Below are positions 1 through 10,704 of a stretch of DNA of 64,000 nucleotides, one piece after another. Made by a program: the position numbers and the translations under genes. Under the pieces are notes generated by a model that saw nothing but the letters and a program-made list of their open reading frames with translations, was not told where the DNA came from and did not search any database. How positions within the stretch are numbered: the first letter of the stretch is position 1; the number at the start of each line of letters is the position of its first letter. The stretch comes from Trueperaceae bacterium (GTDB lineage Bacteria; Deinococcota; Deinococci; Deinococcales; Trueperaceae), in contig OZ243913.1 of the NCBI GenBank assembly GCA_965213705.1, forward strand, positions 1,088,001 to 1,152,000, given 5' to 3'.

Positions 1-212
1 GGCGGGTTGGTAACTTTTGCAGCCCTCGAGCAGCTTTTTACGCCGCGCGGCGCAGGGTCGGTTTCACAACTCAATGCGTTCACGCTCTATGAAGCTTAAA
101 CTGAAGCTTATGGAGTTATCGGGTTTGAAGTCATCCAGTCTCGGCCTCGGCTGTGCTGATGCTGCCTTTTTAGAGCCGTTCGGGCAAGTAAAGTTCGGAC
201 AAGGAAACCGCC

Positions 213-1136
213 GTGCTTGACAAGCTCTACCGCCAAACCGTCCTCGCCGTCGCCGACAATTCGGCTGTGAAAAGCGTCGCCCACAAACAGGGTTGGAAAC
301 TCGGTGTGGGCCGCTTCGTCGCGGGGGAAACCCTGGAAGAAGCGCTGCCCGCCCTGCGCGACATTTCAGCCAAGGGGATGCACCCCATCCTCGACCTGCT
401 CGGCGAGTTTATCGACACCGAGGCGGGCGCGAATGCCGTGACCGAAGAGATTCTAGGCACCCTGGACCGGCTCGAGCAAACCTCGTTCGACCGCTACATG
501 AGCGTCAAACCGAGCCAGCTCGGGCTGGGCGTGAGTCCTGAGCTGGCGCTGAAAAACGCGACTCGAGTTTTGGAAAAGGCTCGAGCCACCCAAGCCCACA
601 TCTGCCTCGACATGGAAAACTACGCGCTGTTGGAGCCGACCCTGCAGCTTTACCGCACGCTCCACGCCCAAGGCTTCAGCAACGTCTCGACGGTGTTGCA
701 AAGCTACCTGCGCCGCAGCCTGGACGACTTGCACAGTCTGCTGACGCTCGAGCCCAAACCCACTTTGCGCATCGTCAAAGGCGCCTATAAAGAAAGCCCG
801 GAAGTCGCTTTCCAGGACAAGGCAGACGTGGACAAGCAGTACCGCGAAATGGTCTACGCCGGACTGACGGGCGGCGCGCACGTCAACGTCGCCACTCATG
901 ACGAGAGCATCATTGACGACGTAAAAACCTACCTGCAAAACGATTTGAAGCCCGCCGCCTACGAGTTCCAGCTTCTCTTCGGCGTCAAGCAAAACTTGCA
1001 AGCCCGGCTGACCCAAGAAGGCCACACGGTCCGCATTTACGTCCCTTACGGCGAGGACTGGTACGGCTACTTCAGCCGCCGCCTTGCCGAGCGCCCCGCA
1101 AACCTGATGTTTGTTTTGAGAGGGTTGACGGGATAG
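213..1136 (+). CDS. Monofunctional proline dehydrogenase
   Basis: RFVAGETL, DLLGE, LDMEN, RIVKGAY, ATHD, EFQLLFG and RIYVPYGEDWYGYFSRRLAERPAN motifs; adjacent to P5C dehydrogenase. Confidence 0.95.
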   Translation: MLDKLYRQTVLAVADNSAVKSVAHKQGWKLGVGRFVAGETLEEALPALRDISAKGMHPILDLLGEFIDTEAGANAVTEEILGTLDRLEQTSFDRYMSVKPSQLGLGVSPELALKNATRVLEKARATQAHICLDMENYALLEPTLQLYRTLHAQGFSNVSTVLQSYLRRSLDDLHSLLTLEPKPTLRIVKGAYKESPEVAFQDKADVDKQYREMVYAGLTGGAHVNVATHDESIIDDVKTYLQNDLKPAAYEFQLLFGVKQNLQARLTQEGHTVRIYVPYGEDWYGYFSRRLAERPANLMFVLRGLTG

Positions 1137-1172
1137 CGTGGTATGACCCGGCTCGGCGCGCCTCTCTTACTT

Positions 1173-1243
1173 AAGTACCGAGTACCGGGTGAAAAGCACC
1201 GAGTAAAAACACTTTCAACTCGGTACTCAGGACTCGATACTTT
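1173..1243. repeat. Intergenic imperfect palindrome built from AGTACCG heptamers (family A, copy 1)
   Basis: aagtaccgagtaccgggtgaaaagcaccgagt ... actcggtactcaggactcgatacttt; related copies at 45195, 58835 and 60652. Confidence 0.8.
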
Positions 1244-1293
1244 CTTCTCGGCCTAAGACGTTACTCCCACTATCGAAACTCAAGGAGACACCT

Positions 1294-2841
1294 ATGCTCT
1301 TCGAACCCTACCGCAACGAACCCTACTCCTTCTACACAACACCTGACGAGGAAAAGCCTTACCGTGAAGCCCTCGAGCGGGTTCGCGCCCAACTTGGGCA
1401 GGACTACCCGCTGTGGATTGGCGGCGAAAAGGTCCATACCAATGAGTACCTCGAGTCCGTCAATCCGAGCGACTTGGATGTGACCGTCGGCCGCAGCGCC
1501 AAGGCGAGAAGTAAGGAACTCGAGCGCGCCATGAACGCGGCCTGGGAGGCGTACGAAAGCTGGTCGCGTTTCGACATGGCGCACCGCGCGCGCACCCTCG
1601 TCAAGCTCGCCGCCGTGATGCGGCGGCGCAAGCTCGAGCTTGCTGCTTGGATGACCTTCGAGGCGGGCAAAAACTACGTCGAGGCCGAGGCCGACACCGC
1701 CGAAGCCATCGACTTTTGCGAGTACTACGCCCGCGAAGCGATAAAGCTGGCCGGGCCGCTCGCAACGTTCGACTATCCCGGCGAGGAAAACACCTCGTTC
1801 CTGGTGCCGCTCGGGGTGGGCGTGGCGATTTCGCCGTGGAACTTCCCGCTGGCGATTCTGGTGGGCATGGCGGTCGGCCCGGCGGTCGTGGGCAACACGA
1901 TGATTCTCAAGCCTGCGCCCGCCACGGTCATTATTGCGCAGAAGTTTATGGAGTGCGCCGAAGAAGCGGGCTTCCCGCCGGGCGTGCTGAACCTTTTAAC
2001 CGGCGACGACGCCGACTTGGGCGACGCGCTGGTCGAGCACCCGCGCACGCGCTTTATCAACTTTACGGGTTCGCTCGCCACGGGGATGCGCATCAACGAG
2101 CGCGCCGCCAAGGTGCAGCCCGGCCAAAAGTGGCTCAAAAAAGTCTATGTCGAACTCGGCGGCAAAGACGCGCTCATCGTTGACGAGACGGTGGACTTGG
2201 ACGAGGCCGCCGCCATCGCCACCGCGAGCGGTTACGGGTTTCAGGGCCAGAAGTGTTCGGCGATGAGCCGCTTAATCGTCGTCGAAGAGGTTTACGACGA
2301 GTTGCTCGAGAAAGTCAAGGCTCGAGTCGAAGCCCTGCGCGTCGGCCCCGCCGAGGACAACCCGGACATGTCAGCCGTCATCAACGAGGCGGCGGTCGAG
2401 AAAATCATGCACTACGTCGAACTCGGCAGAGTTGAGGCGCGGCTGGTGACGGGCGGCGAGCGGGGCGAGGGCAATGGCTACTTCATCCGGCCGACTTTGT
2501 TCGCCGACGTGGCCCAAAGCGCGACCATCGCCTGCGAGGAGATTTTCGGCCCGGTTGTGGCGGTGATGAAGGCGCGAGATTTCGACCAGGCGCTGATGAT
2601 GGCGAACGCGACCGTCTATGGCCTGACCGGCGGCGTGTTGAGCAAGAGTCGGGCGCGGCTCGAGCGCGCTCGAAGGGAGTTCGAGGTCGGCAACCTCTAC
2701 TTGAACCGCAAGATTACTGGGGCCTTGGTCGGCGTGCAACCCTTCGGCGGCTACAAGCTTTCGGGCTCGAACGCCAAGGCGGGCGGACCGGACTACTTAC
2801 GGCTGTTTATGGAGATGAAGACGGTGAGCGAGCGGTTTTAG
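1294..2841 (+). CDS. pruA: L-glutamate gamma-semialdehyde (P5C) dehydrogenase
   Basis: ALDH motifs SPWNFPLAI, NFTGS, ELGGK, FQGQKCSA, EEIFGP, GNLYLNRKITGALVGVQPFGG; RBS aaggag. Confidence 0.95.
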   Translation: MLFEPYRNEPYSFYTTPDEEKPYREALERVRAQLGQDYPLWIGGEKVHTNEYLESVNPSDLDVTVGRSAKARSKELERAMNAAWEAYESWSRFDMAHRARTLVKLAAVMRRRKLELAAWMTFEAGKNYVEAEADTAEAIDFCEYYAREAIKLAGPLATFDYPGEENTSFLVPLGVGVAISPWNFPLAILVGMAVGPAVVGNTMILKPAPATVIIAQKFMECAEEAGFPPGVLNLLTGDDADLGDALVEHPRTRFINFTGSLATGMRINERAAKVQPGQKWLKKVYVELGGKDALIVDETVDLDEAAAIATASGYGFQGQKCSAMSRLIVVEEVYDELLEKVKARVEALRVGPAEDNPDMSAVINEAAVEKIMHYVELGRVEARLVTGGERGEGNGYFIRPTLFADVAQSATIACEEIFGPVVAVMKARDFDQALMMANATVYGLTGGVLSKSRARLERARREFEVGNLYLNRKITGALVGVQPFGGYKLSGSNAKAGGPDYLRLFMEMKTVSERF

Positions 2842-2921
2842 GCTCGAAACGCGGGGCGAACCACGCGCCGAATTCTTAAGGTTTGACGAGCGAACGGTGA
2901 ACAAAACCTTTAGAAGCCGCG

Positions 2922-2950
2922 TTGACATCGGCATAGAGCCTCGTTATGAT
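2922..2950 (+). promoter_or_regulatory. Sigma70-type promoter of the liv operon
   Basis: TTGACA (2922-2927), 17-bp spacer, TATGAT (2945-2950). Confidence 0.75.
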
Positions 2951-2992
2951 GCGGGGGCGTCACTACAATTCGTGATAGCTCAGGAGGTAATC

Positions 2993-4150
2993 GTGAAAAG
3001 ACTACTCGTTCTGTTAAGCGCGCTTCTACTAGGCGCGACCTTCGCCCAAGACCCGATTCGCGTCGGCGTCAACATGGAACTTTCGGGCGCTTACGCCTCG
3101 CTCGGTCAACCGGGGCTCGAGGGTGCCCAGGTCGCCCAGCAGCAAATGGGCGAAGTTCTCGGTCGCCCGGTCGAACTCAGCGTCTGCGACAACGCCACCA
3201 CCGCTGAAACCTCGATTGCTTGCGCCAACCGCTTTGTCGACGAAGGCGTCGTGGCCGTTATCGGCGCGGGCAGCTCCGGCATGAGCATCCCGGCCGCCGA
3301 AATCCTGCAGGCCGCGGGCATCCCGATGGTTTCGGTCAGCTCGACGAATCCTGCGACCACGCAAATCGGCGACTACATCTTCCGCATCGCCTACACGGAT
3401 GACTTTCAGGGCCGCGTCGCCGCGCGCTACGCTTACGACGACTTAGGCGCCCGCCGCGCCGCCGTTTTCCGCGCGCAAGACGACGACTACTCGTTCGGCT
3501 TGGGCGGCTTCTTTGATGAGGAGTTCCAAGCCCTGGGCGGCGAAACCGTCGTCGTCGACTACACGACCAACACGGTCGACTACTCGGCGCAAATCAACGA
3601 CCTGCGCGGCTTCGAGCCGGACGTCATCTACTTTGCGGGCTTTCCCGTGAGCGGCGTCAACCTCATCCCGCAACTGCGCCAGCAAGGCTTCGACCAGCAG
3701 ATTTTGGGTGCCGACGCCTCCGACACGCCCGAACTGCCCGAAGGGGCCGGCGAGGCCGTCGACGGGATGCTCTTTACCGGCTTCGGCGGCGCTGAGGTCC
3801 TGACCGGTGAGGCCGCCACGCGCGCCTCGGACTTTCAAACCCTGTTCGGCACCGAGATGCCCAACGGCACCTTCAACGGCTTTACCTTGGCCGGTGCCGA
3901 CGCCTACAACGTCGTCGTCGAGGCGATTCGCTTGGCCGACAGCACCGACCACGCGGCGGTTCGCGACGCCCTGGCGGAACTGACCGACTACCCCGGCGTC
4001 TCAGGCAACATCACCTTCGCCGGGACCGACGGCACGCCCGCCGACCGCACCATCGCCTTTTTTGAGTACCAAGTGCCTGGTGCCGACGGCGCTCCCTGGT
4101 CCAAAATGACGAGCTTCGGCTTGTCGACGGGCAGCGACGAGGGCAACTAA
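2993..4150 (+). CDS. Branched-chain amino acid (Liv-type) ABC transporter substrate-binding protein
   Basis: GTG after RBS aggagg, signal peptide ending ATFA, YIFRIAYTDDFQG motif; start revised from the ORF track. Confidence 0.9.
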   Translation: MKRLLVLLSALLLGATFAQDPIRVGVNMELSGAYASLGQPGLEGAQVAQQQMGEVLGRPVELSVCDNATTAETSIACANRFVDEGVVAVIGAGSSGMSIPAAEILQAAGIPMVSVSSTNPATTQIGDYIFRIAYTDDFQGRVAARYAYDDLGARRAAVFRAQDDDYSFGLGGFFDEEFQALGGETVVVDYTTNTVDYSAQINDLRGFEPDVIYFAGFPVSGVNLIPQLRQQGFDQQILGADASDTPELPEGAGEAVDGMLFTGFGGAEVLTGEAATRASDFQTLFGTEMPNGTFNGFTLAGADAYNVVVEAIRLADSTDHAAVRDALAELTDYPGVSGNITFAGTDGTPADRTIAFFEYQVPGADGAPWSKMTSFGLSTGSDEGN

Positions 4151-4165
4151 ACGCGCGTGACTTTG

Positions 4166-4198
4166 AGGCGGGGTGGGTTTACCTACCCCGCCTTTTTT
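4166..4198 (+). terminator. Rho-independent terminator after the substrate-binding gene
   Basis: aggcggggtggg-ttta-cctaccccgcct hairpin followed by a T run. Confidence 0.85.
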
Positions 4199-4405
4199 GT
4201 TGTGAGAAACCCGGGTTCGCTACGAACCCACAAACAAAGGGTTGCCCCCTCGCTGGCGAGAAGTTGAAGCGCGGTGCGGCAGCTCGAGCCTCAGCCAGCG
4301 ACAACGAACATTGACGAGCCCGGCTATTCGACGTCAGACTTGTACGACTTCGGGCACTTGTGAAATACTGCTGAATACTGTGTCGTACACTCCCATTTCC
4401 CCGAG

Positions 4406-5617
4406 GTGACTCTTTTGGCGGCAACCGTAGCGAGACCGAAAAAACTCAACGTCGTTCCCTGGCTTATCGTTGCGGCCGTCCTGGGCGTTATCGTCTGGCG
4501 CATTTACACGCTGGTGTACGTGACCGAGGCGCGCACCCTGGCCGACTTCGTCGGGGCCTTTATTAACTCTTTTCAGCTCGGCAGTCTCTACGCGCTCATC
4601 GCCTTGGGCTACACGATGGTTTACGGCATCATCCGGCTTATCAACTTCGCCCACGGCGAGATTTTCATGGTGGGCGCGTTCGCGGCCTTTTTTCTGTTCA
4701 GCCGCACGCCCTACAGTTTGCCCTGGGCACTTATCGCGGCGGCCCTGACGGCGTTCGGCTTTATGTACGCCCTCAACTTGTGGCGGGGCCGACTGACCGA
4801 CCCGATAGTGCTGGGCGGCGGCGCGGCGACGTTCGTGGGTGTAACCTGGGCCCTCAGCGCGGCGAACCTCAACTGGATTGTCGCCATGCTGCTCAGTATG
4901 CTCATTACCGGCCTGGTGGGTATTGTGCTCGACCGCATCGCCTACCGGCCGCTGCGCGGCGCGCCGCGGATTTCGCTGCTGATTACGGCAATTGCGATGT
5001 CTTTCTTTTTACAAAACTTCGGTATTTTGACGTTCTCGAGAGAGCAAGTCCCGTTCCGGCCCGAAACCGACTGGACGCAATTTTTGCGCTTCGACCTGGC
5101 CGGGGGCACGGTGTACACCACCCGGCTCGTGTTTTTGATTCCCGTCGTGACCGCCATTTTGGTCGTGGCGCTCACGCTGTTCGTGAACCGCACGCGGTTG
5201 GGTAAGGCGATGCGCGCCTCGGCGCAAGACCCCGAAACGGCGCAGATGATGGGGGTCAACGTCGACCGCGTCATCGCCACCACCTTTTTCCTGGGCTCGA
5301 TGCTGGCGGCGGCGGCGGGCGTGCTTTGGGGTCTGAACTTCGGCTCGCTCAACCAGCCCGCCATCTTCGGCATTCTGCCCGGCATCAAGGCGTTCGCGGC
5401 GGCGGTCATCGGCGGCATCGGCAGTTTGCCGGGCGCGGTCATCGGCGGACTACTGCTGGGGTTTATGGAAAACTTTTTGACGGCCCTGTTTCCGCGCACA
5501 CCTGAATTTGCCGGCATCACCGAGTACAAAGACACCTTCGCATTTTTACTCCTCATCGTGATTTTGCTCATCAAACCGAGCGGCATCGTCGGCGAAGACC
5601 TGTCGGAGAAGGTGTGA
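4406..5617 (+). CDS. livH: Branched-chain amino acid ABC permease
   Basis: GSLYALIALGYTMVYGIIRLINFAHGE, GKAMRA, KAFAAAVIGGIGSLPGA. Confidence 0.92.
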   Translation: MTLLAATVARPKKLNVVPWLIVAAVLGVIVWRIYTLVYVTEARTLADFVGAFINSFQLGSLYALIALGYTMVYGIIRLINFAHGEIFMVGAFAAFFLFSRTPYSLPWALIAAALTAFGFMYALNLWRGRLTDPIVLGGGAATFVGVTWALSAANLNWIVAMLLSMLITGLVGIVLDRIAYRPLRGAPRISLLITAIAMSFFLQNFGILTFSREQVPFRPETDWTQFLRFDLAGGTVYTTRLVFLIPVVTAILVVALTLFVNRTRLGKAMRASAQDPETAQMMGVNVDRVIATTFFLGSMLAAAAGVLWGLNFGSLNQPAIFGILPGIKAFAAAVIGGIGSLPGAVIGGLLLGFMENFLTALFPRTPEFAGITEYKDTFAFLLLIVILLIKPSGIVGEDLSEKV

Positions 5618-7083
5618 TGTCGGGTAAAAGAGGCCGCAACGCGCTGCTCACCCTGCTCGGGCTCGGTCTGGCGGCGTTGGTCTTGTACTTCGTCGACGCT
5701 TCGGGCAGCGTCAAGCTCGAGCAAGCGGTCGCGCTGTTCGCCATTTGGGGCATCGCCTCGGTGAGCCTGAACCTCATCAACGGCACGACCGGCATCCTGT
5801 CACTGGGCCACCACGGTTTTATGCTGTTGGGCGGCTACACCACGGCGCTGCTGATTTTGCCCGAGGCTTCACGGGCGCGCATCACCAGCAGCGCGCGCAG
5901 CCAAATGAGCGACTTTACGCTGGGGCTCAGCCTCGAGAATTTCTTCAGAAACCTCGGTTTGGACGCGCTCGCCACCCCCGAAACGCTGTGGGTGCGGTTT
6001 ATCGTCGCGCTCGTCATCGGCGGCATGGTGGCGGCGCTGTTCGGCCTTATCGTCGGTGTACCGAGCTTGCGCTTGCGCGGCGATTACCTAGCCATCGTTA
6101 CCTTCGGCTTCGGCGAAATCATCCGCCTGCTCGCCTCGACGAGCCTCTTCGCGCCGTTTACGAACGGCTCACTCGGTTTCAGCGGCGTGCCTACCGACTT
6201 CGGCAAGAGCATCTGGTGGACCTCGGGTATTTTGGCGCTGACGGTGCTGATTATGGCGAAGCTCAAGTTCAGCTCCTACGGCCGCGCGCTGCAAGCGATT
6301 CGCGAGGATGAAATCGCCGCCGAGGCGATGGGCATCAACCTCGCTTACCACAAGGTTTTGGCGTTTACGCTGTCAGCGTTTTTCGCCGGGGTGGCGGGCG
6401 GTTTGTGGGTGTCCTGGCTGGCGGTGGCACGACTCGACGTGTTTTTGTTTTTCCTGACTTTCTTTTTCTTGGTGGCGATTTCGGTCGGCGGCACGGGTTC
6501 GATTACCGGGGTGCTGCTCGGCACGGCGCTGGTCGTGTTCGTGCGGCAGTACGGCGACCCGCTCGAGCAAAGTTACACTTTGTCGACCTGGCTTGGCTTG
6601 GTCAGCGTGCTGTTCCTGCTGGCCGCCCTCGGCACCGTTCTGTACCGGGCGTCGCTGCGGCTCAGGCCGCGCGTCCACCCCGCGGTGTACGGGTTGGGGG
6701 CGGTCGGCTTGGCGGGTCTGGCCTTCGCCTTTCTTGCGCCGGGGTTGAGCCTGCTGCAAGACACCTTTGTGGGTTACGGCCTGCGCGCCATTTTGCTCTC
6801 GGTCATCCTCGTCGTCATCATGGTGTTCCGGCCCGAAGGCATTATGGGCCGCGCCGAGTTCAACTGGGCCTGGCTGTTCCGCGAACGCCTCGACCAACCC
6901 ACCGACGAGGAGCGCGGCCAGGACGCCTGGCTGACGAACCCCGAACTTTCGGACCGCTTGGAGGGCGCGGGCGCGAAGATGGCCGAGGGGCCACGGCGCG
7001 AGCAACCCGAACCCGGCGCGAACCCCATGACCAAGGGCGACGGCCCCCAACGAGACACTAAAACAGATTCAGGGATTGAATAA
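5617..7083 (+). CDS. livM: Branched-chain amino acid ABC permease
   Basis: SLNLINGTTGILSLGH, LRLRGDYLAIVTFGFGEI, GRALQAIREDEIAAEAMG. Confidence 0.92.
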   Translation: MSGKRGRNALLTLLGLGLAALVLYFVDASGSVKLEQAVALFAIWGIASVSLNLINGTTGILSLGHHGFMLLGGYTTALLILPEASRARITSSARSQMSDFTLGLSLENFFRNLGLDALATPETLWVRFIVALVIGGMVAALFGLIVGVPSLRLRGDYLAIVTFGFGEIIRLLASTSLFAPFTNGSLGFSGVPTDFGKSIWWTSGILALTVLIMAKLKFSSYGRALQAIREDEIAAEAMGINLAYHKVLAFTLSAFFAGVAGGLWVSWLAVARLDVFLFFLTFFFLVAISVGGTGSITGVLLGTALVVFVRQYGDPLEQSYTLSTWLGLVSVLFLLAALGTVLYRASLRLRPRVHPAVYGLGAVGLAGLAFAFLAPGLSLLQDTFVGYGLRAILLSVILVVIMVFRPEGIMGRAEFNWAWLFRERLDQPTDEERGQDAWLTNPELSDRLEGAGAKMAEGPRREQPEPGANPMTKGDGPQRDTKTDSGIE

Positions 7084-7084
7084 G

Positions 7085-7893
7085 ATGCTCGAGATAAGCA
7101 ACCTCAACAAGTCTTTCGGCGGCCTGCAAGCCATGACCGACCTGAGTTTGAAAGTAAACGAGGGCGAAATCGTCTCGGTCATCGGGCCGAACGGGGCGGG
7201 GAAGACGACGCTGTTCAACCTCATCACCGGCGTGTACCGACCCGACTCGGGCGACGTTCGCTTTGAGGGGAAGTCGCTCATTGGCAAAAAGCCCAGTTAC
7301 ATTGTCGACGTGGGCGTGGCGCGAACTTTCCAAAACCTGCGGCTGTTTACCAACCTGAGCGTGCTCGAGAACGTCCTCATCCCGCAGCACCACAAACTGC
7401 GCTCGACCTGGCTTTCCGCCGTGCTGCGGACGCCGGGTTACCGCAAGCAAGAGCGCGAGATGCGCGAGTACGCCCTGGAAAAACTCGCCTTTTTCGGTCC
7501 GCGACTGATGAGTTTTCGACTGCACCAACCCGTTTATGTGCTGAGTTACGCCAACCGGCGGCGCTGCGAGATGGCTCGAGCGATGGCGACCGGGGCGAAG
7601 ATGCTCCTGCTCGACGAGCCCAGCGCCGGCATGAACCCCAAGGAGACCACCGAAATCACCGACATCATCCGGCAGATGCGCGACGAGGGCGGTTACACGA
7701 TTCTGCTCGTCGAACACAAAATGAACTTAGTCGGCTCCATCAGCGACCGCGTCGTCGTCCTCGACTACGGCCAAAAAATCGCTGAAGGCAGCTACCGCGA
7801 GGTCGTGGACAACCCGAAAGTCATCGAAGCGTATCTGGGCAAAAAAGCCGAGGACGAGGGCGGACATCGGGCTGACGAGGCGGAGTTTTTATA

Positions 7894-7894
<1 letters not shown>
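7085..7894 (+). CDS. livG: Branched-chain amino acid ABC ATP-binding protein
   Basis: GPNGAGKTT, ARTFQNLRLF, LLLDEPSAGMN, VIEAYLG. Confidence 0.93.
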
Positions 7895-8634
<740 letters not shown>

Positions 8635-8696
8635 GTAAGAATTCGCGGCATAATGCAGGTCTAGTTTTTGTGTACTAAAGGAAGGTGAGTTGTTTA

Positions 8697-9068
8697 ATGG
8701 CACTTAAAGAATTTTCTGAACTACGACAGGTGTCTGGTATTTCAGAAGCGGAACAACAGAGAATTAAAGACTTTTTGCAAGGAGCTATTTACTGCTGGTG
8801 TAAGAATAGGAAAGATAAATGGTTCTCTCTGAGAGATTTGATGGGTGGCGATAACTATTATTGGCGGGGAACGCCGCTACTAAAGCTTTACCTCAAACAT
8901 GAAGAACGACGCGCTCAAGACCCAGTCAAAGAAGCGGGTAAAGATGCTGGGTGGTTATCAAAGTCAGTAGTCGATGGCGACAAAAGGCTATTTGATTCAA
9001 AAGAAGAAGCGCGTATTCGACAATACAGGTGGATTGTTAAGGAAGAGGATACAGAATATAGCACCTAA
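8697..9068 (+). CDS. Hypothetical protein (low GC, probably acquired)
   Basis: Open frame with RBS-like aaggtga, AT-rich codon usage, protein-like composition. Confidence 0.7.
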   Translation: MALKEFSELRQVSGISEAEQQRIKDFLQGAIYCWCKNRKDKWFSLRDLMGGDNYYWRGTPLLKLYLKHEERRAQDPVKEAGKDAGWLSKSVVDGDKRLFDSKEEARIRQYRWIVKEEDTEYST

Positions 9069-9100
9069 AACTGACGCTGTGCTTTGCTAAGTCTCGATTG

Positions 9101-9117
9101 CTTTCTGCGAAAGTACA
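9101..9117 (+). repeat. 17-bp direct repeat ctttctgcgaaagtaca, copy 1 (copy 2 at 9794-9810)
   Basis: Exact match read from the sequence; the two copies flank the yefM-like/yoeB pair. Confidence 0.85.
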
Positions 9118-9283
9118 ATAGTCGTATGACCGGAAACTCGAGCAACCTCCCCGCTTCAACCAACCGCTAAAAATCACCAAAAACTGTTCCCACATCCCGT
9201 GCGGCGTTCAGGACTCGAGCTGTGGTTTTTAGATGTACCTCCTCATCTCTCAAAAAATGCCCTATTGTGCTAAACTGTAGGAC

Positions 9284-9526
9284 ATGACACGCTTTGAAAC
9301 GATGGGTCGCATCATCGACCAGTTACGCAACCTCGACGACGCTTCTTTGGAAGAACTGCTTGCAGAGTTGTCAGGCGCTATAACTGACGAGACGCTCGAG
9401 GTTGTTACATACGGTGAGGACGATACCGAGCATTTACAGAACAATTCCGTCAACGCCGAAGACTTGAATGAGGCTGTAAAAGAACTGAAGGGTTATAAGC
9501 TTTTAACGCCTCAACATGCTGCTTAA
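9284..9526 (+). CDS. Putative antitoxin with YefM-like C-terminal segment
   Basis: Overlaps the yoeB start; TEHLQNNSVNAEDLNEAV resembles the YefM toxin-binding helix; -10 TAAACT 7 nt before ATG. Confidence 0.65.
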   Translation: MTRFETMGRIIDQLRNLDDASLEELLAELSGAITDETLEVVTYGEDDTEHLQNNSVNAEDLNEAVKELKGYKLLTPQHAA

Positions 9527-9770
9527 CTTTCGTAGACAAGCTTGGGAAGACTACCTCTACTGGTTTCGCATAGACCGAAAAATGTGCAGGCGCGTTCACG
9601 ACCTCATCAAAGACACCCAACGCACACCGTTTGACGGTATCGGCAAGCCCGAAGCACTCAAAGGCAACTACAAGGGCTTTTGGTCACGCCGCATTGATAA
9701 AGAACACCGCATGGTTTACGCCGTTACCGACGAAGCACTCATTCTTGTTCAGTTGCGACACCATTATTGA
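9516..9770 (+). CDS. yoeB: Txe/YoeB family toxin
   Basis: AWEDYLYW, PFDGIGKPEALK, WSRRIDKEHRMVY, C-terminal RHHY. Confidence 0.93.
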   Translation: MLLNFRRQAWEDYLYWFRIDRKMCRRVHDLIKDTQRTPFDGIGKPEALKGNYKGFWSRRIDKEHRMVYAVTDEALILVQLRHHY

Positions 9771-9864
9771 GGTGGTCGGCTGTCAGGCTGCTTCTTTCTG
9801 CGAAAGTACAGCAGTTGCATAGTCGAAGGCACGCGTTGAGATTTGCGTGGGCTGCACACTCACC

Positions 9865-9897
9865 TGTACCCCAGAAAAACTTATGGAGGAACTATGA
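9865..9897 (+). pseudogene. C-terminal remnant of a PIN-domain gene (CTPEKLMEEL*)
   Basis: Frame ends tgt acc cca gaa aaa ctt atg gag gaa cta tga, overlapping the next ATG; an in-frame stop lies shortly upstream. Confidence 0.5.
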
Positions 9898-10091
9898 AAG
9901 ACAGCATCGTTGAAGAAGTCCGTCAAGCTCGAGCTGAACATGCCGAGCAGTTCGACTATGACCTCAAAGCTATTTTTGCCGATATTCAAAAACAGCAAGA
10001 ACAGAGTGAGCGCGAATTCGTTTCTTTTCCTGCTAAACGAATCGAGCCTGTGGTCAAAAAGCGCGCCACTGACTCCCAACGTGCAACCTAA
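9894..10091 (+). CDS. Small hypothetical protein of a type usually found downstream of PIN-domain genes
   Basis: MKDSIVEEVRQARAEHAEQFDYDLKAIFADI; RBS ggagga. Confidence 0.7.
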   Translation: MKDSIVEEVRQARAEHAEQFDYDLKAIFADIQKQQEQSEREFVSFPAKRIEPVVKKRATDSQRAT

Positions 10092-10109
10092 GTGGGAATT
10101 CTCGAGATG

Positions 10110-10205
10110 GGGCTCGAGCAACTGGGTAACGGCGCGGAGCGTGTCGTGTTGCTCGTCGACGGCCTCGGCTGGAACCGGTTGCAGGCGCAACTGGGGCGGG
10201 ACGAC
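10110..10205 (+). pseudogene. N-terminal fragment of an alkaline phosphatase / nucleotide pyrophosphatase family gene
   Basis: AERVVLLVDGLGWNRL matches the first metal-binding strand of the family; the rest of the gene is absent. Confidence 0.5.
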
Positions 10206-10278
10206 CGTCGTCCACCGGTTTACGACCTCAAAAAAGAAGACGCGCCCCGAAGGCGCGTTTCCCAGGTAAACAGACGGT

Positions 10279-10557
10279 CTAGCCGACGAAGCTGCTGACG
10301 ATGTACTTGACGATGCGGCTCGAGTCGCCTTTGAACAGGTTGACGACGTGTTTGCCCAGGGGCGGCTCGTAGCGGATGACGAACAGCCCGTAGCAAAACG
10401 CGACTGCGATGTTCGTGACCAAACCCAAACCGAGAAACACCATGCCCAGCGCGGTCGTTCCACTGGTGGCGACGAGGCTGAAGGCGGTGATGAGGGCGAC
10501 GAGGCTGAGGAGGGCGCAGGCTTCCACGAGGGCGGGGGAGAGGTTGGTGTTTTTCAT
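10279..10557 (-). CDS. Small membrane protein (two hydrophobic segments)
   Basis: Hydrophobic ORF; -10 TAGACT 6 nt before ATG. Confidence 0.65.
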   Translation of the reverse strand: MKNTNLSPALVEACALLSLVALITAFSLVATSGTTALGMVFLGLGLVTNIAVAFCYGLFVIRYEPPLGKHVVNLFKGDSSRIVKYIVSSFVG

Positions 10558-10704
10558 AAACGTAGTCTAAGACGTAGGTTCTTACACAATCCTGACGAAA
10601 CCCTTACGGAATTATGACGGCCGCGGTGGGTTCCGTATGCGGGGACGCCTCGAGCACCGAACCTCACCGAAAAGCACTTCTTCAAAACTGACCCTCGTTA
10701 AGCG

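Noticed and set aside
90..110. Direct repeat tgaagctta upstream of the proline dehydrogenase gene as an operator
   Set aside because: Short, with no regulator in view; cannot be distinguished from chance
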